DNA of 64,000 nucleotides from assembly GCA_963711565.1 (NCBI GenBank), contig CAVQEQ010000003.1:512001-576000 (forward strand), read 5' to 3'. Below are positions 36,012 to 45,410 of the stretch, in pieces; the first letter of the stretch is position 1, and each line of letters opens with the position of its first letter. Position numbers and translations under genes: made by a program. The notes beneath the pieces were generated by a model. The model was not told the origin of the DNA. It made no database searches and saw only the letters and a program-made list of their open reading frames with translations. This DNA is from an uncultured delta proteobacterium (GTDB lineage Bacteria > Desulfobacterota > Binatia > Binatales > Binataceae).

Positions 36012-37142
36012 TTGGGAAGCTTGATCCTGGAAGCGGAAACGATTCGACCTCAGGGCGCGGTTGATCCGCGCACTGCGGCGTCCGCGGGGCGCGCGGTCAC
36101 GCTCGACCCGCCGCCGGAGCGCATCCTGGTCAAGGAAGTCAACTGGCTCGGCGACGTTGTGATGAGTCTGCCCGCGCTGCGGGCGATTCGGCGCACGTGG
36201 CCGCGCGCGCGTCTCGCGGTGCTCGTCAAGCAGGAGCTCGCGAGCTTTTTCGACGGCGCGCGATGGATCGACGAGGTGATTCCGTATTCGGTTGGGCGCG
36301 GTCTCTCCGGGTTTTTCGATCGGCGCAGGATTGTCGGGGAAATCCGTTCGCGGCGTTTCGACCTTGGCATTTTGTTTCCCAACAGTTTCGAGTCGGCGTT
36401 GTGGCTCACGATGGCGGGAATCCGGCGGCGCGCCGGGTTTATCGCGGACGCGCGCGGCGCGATGCTGACGCTGAAGGCGACGCCGCCGTCCGACGCGGTC
36501 ACGGGTCACCAGGTGAACTACTGGCTCGCGATGGTGCGCGCGACGGGCGTTGCTGACGGCTCCGCCGACGATTTCGCAATCGACGTGCACCCTCCGCATC
36601 GCGAGCGGATGCGCGAATGGATCGCGGCGAATCGCAAGCGTCCCGGCCGTCGTGTTTTTGCGATCGCACCGGCGGCGGCGTACGGACCGGCCAAGGAATG
36701 GCCGGCGGAAAGCTACGGCACGCTGATCGATTTGCTCGCGCGGCGCGAGAACGCGGAGGTCGTGCTGGTCGGCGCGCCGTCGGAGTGCGCCAAATGCGAA
36801 GAAGTCGCGGCCGCGAGCAAAGCGGGCGCGATGATCGCCGCCGGACACACCAATATCGGCGAGCTGATCGCGCTGTTATCGCTATGCGACGGGTTTATCG
36901 GCAACGATTCAGGATGCATGCACCTGGCGGGAGCGCTTGGAATTCCAACCGTTGCGATTTTCGGATCGACCAATCCGAATCGCACCGGACCGATGGGACC
37001 GAAGACCCGTGTGATTTACCGCAAGCTCGAATGCAGCCCATGCCTGGCGCGCACCTGCCGCTTCGGGCATTACAACTGCCTGACGCAAATCGAGCCGGCG
37101 GAGCTGGCCGACGCGATCGTCGCGATTAGGCCGCCGCATTGA
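36012..37142 (+). CDS. waaF: LPS heptosyltransferase II (GT9)
   Basis: NWLGDVVMSLP, PNSFESA, PAAAYGPAKEWP and GNDSGCMHLA. Confidence 0.9.
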   Translation: MGSLILEAETIRPQGAVDPRTAASAGRAVTLDPPPERILVKEVNWLGDVVMSLPALRAIRRTWPRARLAVLVKQELASFFDGARWIDEVIPYSVGRGLSGFFDRRRIVGEIRSRRFDLGILFPNSFESALWLTMAGIRRRAGFIADARGAMLTLKATPPSDAVTGHQVNYWLAMVRATGVADGSADDFAIDVHPPHRERMREWIAANRKRPGRRVFAIAPAAAYGPAKEWPAESYGTLIDLLARRENAEVVLVGAPSECAKCEEVAAASKAGAMIAAGHTNIGELIALLSLCDGFIGNDSGCMHLAGALGIPTVAIFGSTNPNRTGPMGPKTRVIYRKLECSPCLARTCRFGHYNCLTQIEPAELADAIVAIRPPH

Positions 37143-37221
37143 ACGCTGGAACTGAAATGATAGAAAGGCGCATCCCGGCTGGAAACCGTCCGGCCCGCGA
37201 AACTCGAAGGGAGGAACTTCG

Positions 37222-37731
37222 ATGAAGAAACTGGTGATAATGGGTGCGCTTGTGGGCGCGATTGCTCTGTTTGTTTTCGCGCAACAGTCGAACGCGAAAG
37301 AAAGCGACGAAGCTCAAATCCGGGCGATGGAAGCGGCGATGATAGAGGCTTACGCGGCGAAGGACCTGGACCACGCGCTCGCCGGATACGCTCAGGACGA
37401 GACCCTGTTCGTCTTCGACGCGATTCCGCCGCGGCAATACGTCGGCATCAAGGCATGGCGCGCGGACAATGAAGGCTTCCTCGCGCTGTTCCAGGGACCC
37501 GTCAAGGCGGAAATGTCCGACCTTGGCGTCACTACCAACGGCAAGCTGGGCTTCGGGCACAACATCCAGCACTTCAGCGGCACGGGCAAAGACGGCAAAC
37601 CGATCGACCTGACCCTTCGAGTGAGCGACGGCTACAAGAAGATCAACGGGAAGTGGATGATCGTCGAGGAGCACATATCGTTCCCGGTCGATATCACGAC
37701 CGGAAAGGCGGACTTTAGTTCGAAGCCGTAG
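37222..37731 (+). CDS. Secreted SnoaL/NTF2-like protein
   Basis: Signal peptide; FDAIPPRQYVG...RVSDGYKKINGKWMIVEEHISFP. Confidence 0.85.
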   Translation: MKKLVIMGALVGAIALFVFAQQSNAKESDEAQIRAMEAAMIEAYAAKDLDHALAGYAQDETLFVFDAIPPRQYVGIKAWRADNEGFLALFQGPVKAEMSDLGVTTNGKLGFGHNIQHFSGTGKDGKPIDLTLRVSDGYKKINGKWMIVEEHISFPVDITTGKADFSSKP

Positions 37732-37751
37732 CGGAAATTCAAGGCGTCAAG

Positions 37752-38771
37752 ATGAAACTCAAGGAACTCGCATCGAAGCTGGGACTCGAAATTCGCGGTG
37801 ACGGCGGCGTGGAGATTTTCGCGCCGGCGCCGATCGAGGCCGCCGGTCCCGGCATGATCGTATTTGTCGCGGGGGCGAAGTACGCGCCCGCGCTGCAATC
37901 CAGCGTCTCGGCAGCCATCACGACCGCGGAACTGGCTGCGGGCGCGAAGTGCGCGACGTTGATCAGCGCGAATCCATACGCGGACTTTGCGCGCGTGCTC
38001 GCGATTTTTTTTCCGCCGTACCGGCCGGCACAGGGAATCGATCCGCGTGCTTCGATCGCGCCCGACGCCACGATCGGTGCGAACGCGTCGATTGGCGCGT
38101 CGGCGGTGATCGGTGAGGGCGTGTCCATTGGGCGCGACGCGGTGATTCATCCGAACGTGACGATTTACCCCAACGTGCGCATCGGCGATCGCTTCACCGC
38201 GCACAGCGGCGTGTCGATTCGCGAGGGCTCGGTGATTGGAAATCGCGTGACGCTGTTGAACGGCGCGGTGATCGGCGCCGACGGATTCGGGTTCGTCGAG
38301 GAAAAGGGCGACCTGATCAAAATTCCGCAAGTGGGCAGCGTCATCATAGAAGATGATGTGGAGATTGGCGCGAATTCGACGGTCGATCGCGCGATGATGG
38401 GCGCGACGGTGCTGCATCGCGGCGTGAAACTCGACGACCAGGTGCATATTGGGCACAACTGCGAAATCGGCGAGTACTCGCGCTTCTCGGGGCACACCGG
38501 AATCTCGGGCTCGACGCGAATCGGCAAATGGTGCCTGTTCGGCGGACAGGTGGGATGCGCCGACCACGTGACGATCGGCGACCGCGTGATGGTGGTCGCG
38601 AAGGCCGGTATCCACAACGACCTGAAGGACGACGCGATCGTCTCGGGCATCCCGGCGGTGGACGTGCGCAAGTTCCGCCGCTACGCCGTAGTGCTGACGC
38701 GGCTGCCGGAGATTATTCGGCGCGTGCGTGCGCTGGAACATCGCGCCGGTATCGACAACCGCGAAGCGTAA
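37752..38771 (+). CDS. lpxD: UDP-3-O-acylglucosamine N-acyltransferase
   Basis: NPYADFA, hexapeptide repeats, IGADGFGF, KIPQVG, EIGANSTVDR and KLDDQVHIGHN. Confidence 0.95.
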   Translation: MKLKELASKLGLEIRGDGGVEIFAPAPIEAAGPGMIVFVAGAKYAPALQSSVSAAITTAELAAGAKCATLISANPYADFARVLAIFFPPYRPAQGIDPRASIAPDATIGANASIGASAVIGEGVSIGRDAVIHPNVTIYPNVRIGDRFTAHSGVSIREGSVIGNRVTLLNGAVIGADGFGFVEEKGDLIKIPQVGSVIIEDDVEIGANSTVDRAMMGATVLHRGVKLDDQVHIGHNCEIGEYSRFSGHTGISGSTRIGKWCLFGGQVGCADHVTIGDRVMVVAKAGIHNDLKDDAIVSGIPAVDVRKFRRYAVVLTRLPEIIRRVRALEHRAGIDNREA

Positions 38772-38784
38772 GCTCTGGTCTCCA

Positions 38785-39711
38785 GTGCCAGCGCTGACGT
38801 TCACGCTTCGGCCACGGCCGCCGTTCCGTCTCGACTTGACCGTATGGGCAATCCGTCGGCGGCCGCATAACGTCGTCGATCGATTCGACGACGGCGTCTG
38901 GCGCCGAGTGTTGGTTATCGGCAAGTCGCCGGTGGCTGTCGCAGTCACACAGACTCGGCGCGGCTCGCGTCCGGAAATCGAAGTACGGATTTCAGCGGCA
39001 CGTCCGCAAGCGGTGAAGGCAGAAGTCACTGCGATCGTGACGAGGATGCTCGGACTCGAACGTGACCTGTCGGACTTTTACCGGCTCGCGCGCAGTGATG
39101 CGCGTCTGCGGGAGCTGGCCGAGCGTTTGCGAGGAATGAAACCCGTGCGCTACGCGACGGTGTTCGAAGCGTTCGCGAATGCCGTAGCATGCCAGCTCGT
39201 GTCGCTGAGCGCGGGAATGCATGTGCTGAATCGGATAGCGGGAGCGTTCGGAGCGCTCGGCAAGATCAAAAGCGCGGCGCCGATGCGATCGTTCCCGGCC
39301 GCGGCCGCGATTGTACGCTCGAATCCTGAAGCGCTGCGCACGCTGGGGCTCAGTATGCAGAAGGGGGAATACCTAATCGGCCTCGCGCGGCTGGCGATCG
39401 ATCCGAAGGATCGCGACTTCGCGTCGATCGAGCGGCTCGCGGACGGCGACGCAATCGCGCGCCTTTCGACGATTCGCGGGGTTGGACGCTGGACCGCGGA
39501 ATACGTGATGCTGCGCGGCTTCGGCCGCATCAACATTTTCCCCGGCGACAACGTCGGCGGGCGCAACAAACTCTTCGAGTGGCTCGGCGAGGACGGCGAG
39601 CCGACCTACGCCGGCGTGGCCGCGATGCTCAAGCGGTGGCATCCGTACGGCGGACTCATCTATCTTCATTTGATTGTGAATGCAGTCGCCGACGCCGGTT
39701 TTCTCGCGTGA
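38785..39711 (+). CDS. alkA: DNA-3-methyladenine glycosylase II family (HhH-GPD)
   Basis: PPFRLDLT N-terminus, FEA...ACQLVS, HhH IRGVGRWTAEY, FPGDN and WHPYGG; GTG 38785 chosen as start. Confidence 0.85.
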   Translation: MPALTFTLRPRPPFRLDLTVWAIRRRPHNVVDRFDDGVWRRVLVIGKSPVAVAVTQTRRGSRPEIEVRISAARPQAVKAEVTAIVTRMLGLERDLSDFYRLARSDARLRELAERLRGMKPVRYATVFEAFANAVACQLVSLSAGMHVLNRIAGAFGALGKIKSAAPMRSFPAAAAIVRSNPEALRTLGLSMQKGEYLIGLARLAIDPKDRDFASIERLADGDAIARLSTIRGVGRWTAEYVMLRGFGRINIFPGDNVGGRNKLFEWLGEDGEPTYAGVAAMLKRWHPYGGLIYLHLIVNAVADAGFLA

Positions 39712-39765
39712 TCGGGCCCGGGAAATTCCGAATCGCGAACTTTATGCTCTGCGAGGAGAAATGAG

Positions 39766-40167
39766 ATGGAGAAAAAGTACATCAATCCGGATACGCTGAT
39801 GACGCCGCGCGGTTTTACGCAAGTCGTGACGGTCGCGGGGGCGTCGAAGCTGGTATTTATTTCGGGCCAGGTCGCGGTCGATAAGAAAGGCAAGCTGGTC
39901 GGGCCGGGCGACCTGAAGGCGCAGATTCGGCAGGCAGCGAGCAATCTGAAAGCCGCGCTGACCGCTGCAGGAGCCACCGCCGCGGACATCGTAAAAACCA
40001 ATACTTACATCGTCAACTACAAGCAGTCCGACTATTCCGCGATGCGCGAGGCGCGCGCCGAGTTGTTTCCGGAAGGCGAGCCGCCGGCCTCGACGATGGT
40101 GGGCGTAACCTCGCTCGCAATCGACGGGCTGATGGTCGAGATGGAAGCGATCGCCGCGGTGAAGTGA
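39766..40167 (+). CDS. RidA family protein
   Basis: VFISGQVA and PPASTMVGVTSLA...VEMEAIA. Confidence 0.9.
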   Translation: MEKKYINPDTLMTPRGFTQVVTVAGASKLVFISGQVAVDKKGKLVGPGDLKAQIRQAASNLKAALTAAGATAADIVKTNTYIVNYKQSDYSAMREARAELFPEGEPPASTMVGVTSLAIDGLMVEMEAIAAVK

Positions 40168-40215
40168 GCAACTGAGCGAGCCGGTCGAGTCCTGAGCCGC
40201 CCTGCCGCTGCAGTC

Positions 40216-40237
40216 CGGGGGCTGAAAATAGCCCCCG
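40216..40237 (+). terminator. Hairpin after the RidA-family gene
   Basis: CGGGGGCT-GAAAAT-AGCCCCCG perfect 8-bp stem; no U tract. Confidence 0.35.
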
Positions 40238-40360
40238 ACCGTCCTCATGTTATAATTTCTTACAATTTGATTCATTCGTGCGGTCATAGTAGACAGTAGT
40301 GTTCGTCGGCAAAGTTGCCGGCGGCGGCAAGCTCGATCCGCGTGGTCCAGCTATCCGCAA

Positions 40361-41689
40361 ATGACGGAGGAAATTATAATGGAAGCAGAAGTGCAACCGC
40401 TCGTGGCGCCTCGCCGGGGGATGGGGACGATGACCAGTATCGAGGAACAATATCGCGGCGTGACCGAAAAATCGGCGCAACTCGCCAAACGCGCCGAGCG
40501 CGTGATGCCCGGCGGTGACACGCGTACGACCACCAACTACAAGCCCTACCCGCTGACGCTCGAGCGCGGCGAAGGTCCGTTTTTGTGGGACGTTGACGGC
40601 AACAGGTACATCGACCTCCTTGGCAACTACACCAGCCTGGTGCATGGCAACGCCTATCCGCCGATCGTCGCGGCTGCGACCAAGGCGGTGCGTGACGGCA
40701 GCTCGTGGCCGGCGCGATCGGTGGCGCAGACCGAGCTGGCGGCGCTGTTGTGCGAGCGCGTCGAGTCGGTCGAGCGTGTGCGATTCTGTAATTCAGGGAC
40801 AGAGGCCGGGATGCTCGCGGCGCAAGTCGCGCGGCGCCTCACCGGCCGCAAGCTCATCTTGATGGCGCGCTACGGCTACCATGGATCGTACGACGACTTG
40901 GAAGTCGGGCTGGCCGGCCAGGACGGCGAGCGCACGATGCTCGCGGACTTCGGCGAGGCGACGGCGTTCGAGGCGTTGCTGTCGGAGCGCGGCGCGGAAA
41001 TCGCGGCGGTGTTTCTGGAGCCGGTGCTCGGCTCGGCGGGAGTCGTGGAGCCGCCGGCGGGATTTCTCGAGCGCGTGGCTGAAGCGACGCGACGCGCGGG
41101 CGCGATGTTCGTTGTCGATGAAGTGATCACGCTGAGGCTGGCCGAAGGCGGCGGGCAGCAGATTTTCGAGGTCAAGCCGGACCTGACGATGTTCGGAAAG
41201 ATCATCGGCGGCGGATTCCCGGTCGGCGCAATCGGCGGCAGCGAAGACGTGATGTCGGCATTCGATCCGCGCAATCGCGGATCGATTTTTCATTCGGGCA
41301 CGTTCAACGGCAATCCTGTAACCTGCGCGGCGGGCGCCGTTTCGATCCGCGAGCTGACGCAGGCGCGAATCGACAAGATGGCCAAGCAGGGTGAGCGGCT
41401 GGCGGCCGAGCTGGCGCGCGCGGCGCGGCAAGTGGATCTGCCGTTTTCCGTGCGGCATTGCGGATCGCTGCTGAACGTATTTTTTCTCAAGGAGCCGCCG
41501 GCCCCGACGATCGCGCGCGAGGACGCCCGCGCAATCTCCAATTTCCATCTGGCAGCGCTCAATCAGGGTTTGTTTCTCGCGCCACGCGGGATGATCGCGC
41601 TCTCGACGGTGATCACCGACGAAGTGCTGAGCGAGATTTGCGAGCGCACCGCGAAAGCGATGGCCGACGTTGCGCAAGCCGGCGAATAG
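40361..41689 (+). CDS. Class III aminotransferase (GSA aminomutase-like)
   Basis: DVDGNRYID, RFCNSGTEA, YHG, DEVIT, FGKIIGGGFP and HSGTFNGNP. Confidence 0.9.
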   Translation: MTEEIIMEAEVQPLVAPRRGMGTMTSIEEQYRGVTEKSAQLAKRAERVMPGGDTRTTTNYKPYPLTLERGEGPFLWDVDGNRYIDLLGNYTSLVHGNAYPPIVAAATKAVRDGSSWPARSVAQTELAALLCERVESVERVRFCNSGTEAGMLAAQVARRLTGRKLILMARYGYHGSYDDLEVGLAGQDGERTMLADFGEATAFEALLSERGAEIAAVFLEPVLGSAGVVEPPAGFLERVAEATRRAGAMFVVDEVITLRLAEGGGQQIFEVKPDLTMFGKIIGGGFPVGAIGGSEDVMSAFDPRNRGSIFHSGTFNGNPVTCAAGAVSIRELTQARIDKMAKQGERLAAELARAARQVDLPFSVRHCGSLLNVFFLKEPPAPTIAREDARAISNFHLAALNQGLFLAPRGMIALSTVITDEVLSEICERTAKAMADVAQAGE

Positions 41690-41720
41690 CGCAGCTTCAG
41701 CACATAACTTTTCTTAAACG

Positions 41721-41765
41721 ACAGGAACTCGCGTTACCATCAACGCCGGTTCCTGTTTTTCGTTT
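41721..41765 (+). terminator. Rho-independent terminator
   Basis: ACAGGAAC..GCGTT-loop-AACGC..GTTCCTGT followed by TTTTCGTTT. Confidence 0.6.
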
Positions 41766-41928
41766 CTGTTTATAGCCGCGACTCACAATTGAATCGCGCG
41801 CGTCACATTGAATTGATCGCGCCGAAAAAACTCCTTCATCGCGCCGTCAAACTCCCCGGCTAAGGTTGCGCATCTCGCGGATCGAATTCGTCCGTACGCA
41901 AACCAACATGCCAGGGAGGAACAGGACA

Positions 41929-43554
41929 ATGCGAAAAAGAACTGCGCGATGTCTCGCGCTTGGCCTCGTGGGACTGCTGATTCAACAAGGCTCGGTCTCT
42001 GCCTTCGGGCCGCCGCCGCCCGAAGGGCCGCCCACGGCGACGCCGATCAAGCATCTGGTCGTTATCTTTCCAGAGAACATCTCGTTCGATCACTACTTCG
42101 CGACTTATCCGAACGCCGCCAACCCAGCCGGCGAGCCACCGTTCTACGCGCAGCCGGGCACGCCGAACGTCAACGGGCTCGGCGGCGCGCTGCTGACGAG
42201 CAACCCTAATTTTCTGAACACCGCGAACATCGACGGCAGCAACCTCAATCCGTTTCGGCTCGATCGCAGCCAAGCCGCCACCGCAGACCAGGATCACAGC
42301 TACACCCCGGAACAGGAGGCGTTCGACCACGGCCTGATGGATCTGTTCCCACTCTCGGTTGGGGTCAAAGGCACGCCGCCGTTTCCACCGCCGTCGGGCG
42401 TCGAAACCAAGGGCCTGACGATGGGCTACTACGACGGCAACACCGTCACGGCGCTGTGGAATTACGCGCAGCGCTTCGCGATGAGCGATAATTCCTACGA
42501 CACGGTGTTCGGGCCGTCAACGCCCGGCGCGCTCAACCTCGTTTCCGGGCAGACTAACGGCGCCGTCCTGTCGGCGGGCAGCCCCAGCACGGTCTCGAAC
42601 TCCGACGGCTCCCTCACCCTGACCGGCGACGCCGATCCGGCGGGCGATGTCTGCTCAACGTCGAGCAACCAGGTTTCGATGACCGGGCCGAACATCGGAG
42701 AAGTGCTAACAACCGCGAAAATCACGTGGGGATGGTTCCACGGTGGATTCAATCTGTCACTGACCAATTCCAATGGAACCAATGGTTGCAACCGCAGCAC
42801 CACCTCGGCGGTGACGGGAGTGACGGAAAACGACTACATCCAGCATCACCAGCCATTCCAGTTCTACTCGAGCACGCAGAACCTGACTCATGCGCGGCCC
42901 ACGTCGATCGCGAATATCGGACAGACCGACGCGGCCAATCATCAGTACGACTCTGACGACTTCTTTGCCACGCTCAAGGAGAACAACCTGCCCGCCGTCA
43001 GCTTCATCAAGCCGCCCGGTTTCGAAGAGGGTCATGCGGGATATTCCGACCCGCTCGACGAGCAGACTTTTATCGTGACCGTGCTTAACGCGCTCCAGCA
43101 GTCGCCCGAGTGGAATTCCACCGCGGTAGTGATCTCGTGGGATGATTCGGACGGGTGGTACGATCACCAGATGTCGCCGATCCTCAATCAGTCGGCAAGC
43201 AGCATGGACGCGCTGACCGGCACAGGACTTTGCGGTACCGGTGCGGCCTCGCTGGCGGGCGTCAATCCCACCGCGCTCCCGCATGCGCAGGGCCGCTGCG
43301 GCTTCGGGCCGCGCCTGCCGTTCCTGGTGATCTCGCCGTACTCGCGCCCCAACTTTGTCGATCACACGTTGACCAACCAGGCCTCTGTCATTCGCTTTAT
43401 CGAGGATAATTGGCTGGGCGGGACGCGGCTCGGTGACGGCTCCTTCGACGCGATCTCGAACTCGATCACCTCGATGATGGACTTCGATCACGGGCCGCAA
43501 AGCTTCCCGCTGATCCTGGATACATCGACCGGCGAGCCAAAGTTCTCTTACTAG
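41929..43554 (+). CDS. Secreted phosphoesterase (phospholipase C / AcpA-like acid phosphatase)
   Basis: TPIKHLVVIFPENISFDHYF, GPSTPG, GHAGYS, WDDSDGWYDH and GPRLPFLVISPY; N-terminal signal peptide. Confidence 0.9.
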   Translation: MRKRTARCLALGLVGLLIQQGSVSAFGPPPPEGPPTATPIKHLVVIFPENISFDHYFATYPNAANPAGEPPFYAQPGTPNVNGLGGALLTSNPNFLNTANIDGSNLNPFRLDRSQAATADQDHSYTPEQEAFDHGLMDLFPLSVGVKGTPPFPPPSGVETKGLTMGYYDGNTVTALWNYAQRFAMSDNSYDTVFGPSTPGALNLVSGQTNGAVLSAGSPSTVSNSDGSLTLTGDADPAGDVCSTSSNQVSMTGPNIGEVLTTAKITWGWFHGGFNLSLTNSNGTNGCNRSTTSAVTGVTENDYIQHHQPFQFYSSTQNLTHARPTSIANIGQTDAANHQYDSDDFFATLKENNLPAVSFIKPPGFEEGHAGYSDPLDEQTFIVTVLNALQQSPEWNSTAVVISWDDSDGWYDHQMSPILNQSASSMDALTGTGLCGTGAASLAGVNPTALPHAQGRCGFGPRLPFLVISPYSRPNFVDHTLTNQASVIRFIEDNWLGGTRLGDGSFDAISNSITSMMDFDHGPQSFPLILDTSTGEPKFSY

Positions 43555-43647
43555 GCCCGGCCGGCGGCTTCAAAGTTGCGGCAGACGGGCACGCGCTCTT
43601 CACGGGCGCGTGCCCGTCATATTGCAAATGACAGAGATGAGGTAGGG

Positions 43648-45309
43648 GTGCCGATCACACGACGGGAGTTTCTGAAAAATAGCGGGCTGCTTGGAGTTGC
43701 GCTGACGGCCGCGTCAATGCGCGCATTCATACGGCCGGCGCCGAAATTTCGTCCTACGCTCAACACCGACTCGCTCGCGCGGTTCGTTGATCTGTTACCG
43801 ATTCCTTCGATTGCGCACTCGATCGGACGCCGCAAAGCCCCGACCGGCGCCGACGTCCCGTTCTACCGAATTGAGATGCGCGCATGCGAGAGCCGGTTGC
43901 ATCGCGATCTTAATCCGACCCAGATGTGGGGTTACGGCTCGACCTTTCCGGGCCCGACCTTCGAGACGAAGAGTGGCGAGGGCATCCTCGTCGAATGGAT
44001 CAACGCGCTGCCGAACGCGCACGTCTTTCCGATCGATCACAAACTTCACGGCGCGGAACGAAACCTCCCGGAAGTGCGAACCGTCGTTCACGTTCATGGC
44101 GCGAAGACCCCGCCCGACAGCGACGGCTACCCCGAGAGCTGGTATCCATCCGGCAAATCCGCCCTCGCCTGGTATCCGAACCGGCAGGACGCCGCGATGC
44201 TCTGGTATCACGATCATGCGATGGGGATTAACCGGCTGAACATCTACGCCGGGCTGGCCGGACTGTTCATCGTGCGCGACGACGCCGAAGCCGCGCTGAA
44301 TCTTCCGTCGGGAAAATTCGAAATCCCGCTGGTACTGTGCGACCGTCTGCTTGACCGCGACCATCAGCTCTACTACCCGGACTCGGGAATTCCCGGCGCG
44401 CCATGGATTCCCGAGGTCTATGGCAACGTCATTCTGGCCAACGGCAAGATCTTTCCCTACCTTGATGTGGAGCCGCGGATGTACCGCGTTCGCGTGCTCA
44501 ACGCCGCGAATTCGCGATTTTTTTCGTTGTCGCTCGGCAGCGGTGGGTCCTTTCATCAAATCGGAACCGACCTGGGATTGCTGCCGGCGCCGGTCGAACT
44601 GAAAAGCCTGCTGCTCTATCCTGCCGAACGCGCGGATCTCATCTTCGATTTCAGCGGTCACGCCGGCGAGCGAATCGAGCTGAAACATCAGGCGATGGAG
44701 GTGATGCAGTTCCGGGTCGCCGACGAACCGGCGAAGGAGACGGGCGTCATGCCGGCGAGGATGCGGCCGGTCGCGAAGCTCGCCGAGTCGGCCGCCGTCA
44801 CGACGCGGATGCTGACGCTGGTCGAGTATGACGACTACGTCGGAAACTCGATGGTGATGCTGCTAAACGGATCGCATTGGAGCGATCCGGTTACCGAGCA
44901 ACCGATCCTCGACTCGGTGGAAATCTGGAACCTCATCAACCTCACCGAGGACGCACATCCAATTCATCTGCACCTGGTTCGCTTTCAAATTCTCGACCGC
45001 CGGCCGTTCGACGTATTCGCCTATCAGCAGAATCGAACGATCCGCTATCTCGGTCCCGCCACGCCGCCCGATCCGAACGAAGCGGGCTGGAAGGACACCG
45101 TCCGCGCCGATCCCGGACTGGTTACGCGAATCATCGCCCGGTTCGAGGGCTTCGCCGGCCGCTACGTCTGGCATTGCCACCTGCTCGAGCACGAGGACAA
45201 CGAGATGATGCGCCCATACGAGGTCGTCACATCGGCGTCCGAGCGGGTTGCGGCAATCACGGCGCAGGAAGCTTCGTGGTGCATCGGCGGCAACATCGTG
45301 CGGCGCTGA
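43648..45309 (+). CDS. Tat-exported multicopper oxidase (CotA/bilirubin oxidase type)
   Basis: TRREFLK Tat motif; HVHG, WYHDH, HPIHLH and WHCHLLEHEDNEMM copper motifs. Confidence 0.93.
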   Translation: MPITRREFLKNSGLLGVALTAASMRAFIRPAPKFRPTLNTDSLARFVDLLPIPSIAHSIGRRKAPTGADVPFYRIEMRACESRLHRDLNPTQMWGYGSTFPGPTFETKSGEGILVEWINALPNAHVFPIDHKLHGAERNLPEVRTVVHVHGAKTPPDSDGYPESWYPSGKSALAWYPNRQDAAMLWYHDHAMGINRLNIYAGLAGLFIVRDDAEAALNLPSGKFEIPLVLCDRLLDRDHQLYYPDSGIPGAPWIPEVYGNVILANGKIFPYLDVEPRMYRVRVLNAANSRFFSLSLGSGGSFHQIGTDLGLLPAPVELKSLLLYPAERADLIFDFSGHAGERIELKHQAMEVMQFRVADEPAKETGVMPARMRPVAKLAESAAVTTRMLTLVEYDDYVGNSMVMLLNGSHWSDPVTEQPILDSVEIWNLINLTEDAHPIHLHLVRFQILDRRPFDVFAYQQNRTIRYLGPATPPDPNEAGWKDTVRADPGLVTRIIARFEGFAGRYVWHCHLLEHEDNEMMRPYEVVTSASERVAAITAQEASWCIGGNIVRR

Positions 45310-45410
45310 CCAGATCACAGTCCTGCAACACAATCCTGATGTGCCCGTAAGCTGCGCGGCGTATATCTGCCGTTCGCAAAAGCCAGAAAGACTCGGAGAG
45401 GGAGAACGCC

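Noticed and set aside
40361-41689. Naming the aminotransferase hemL
   Set aside because: Family motifs are present, but the typical PGGVNSPVR segment reads PGGDTRTT and there is no heme-gene context.
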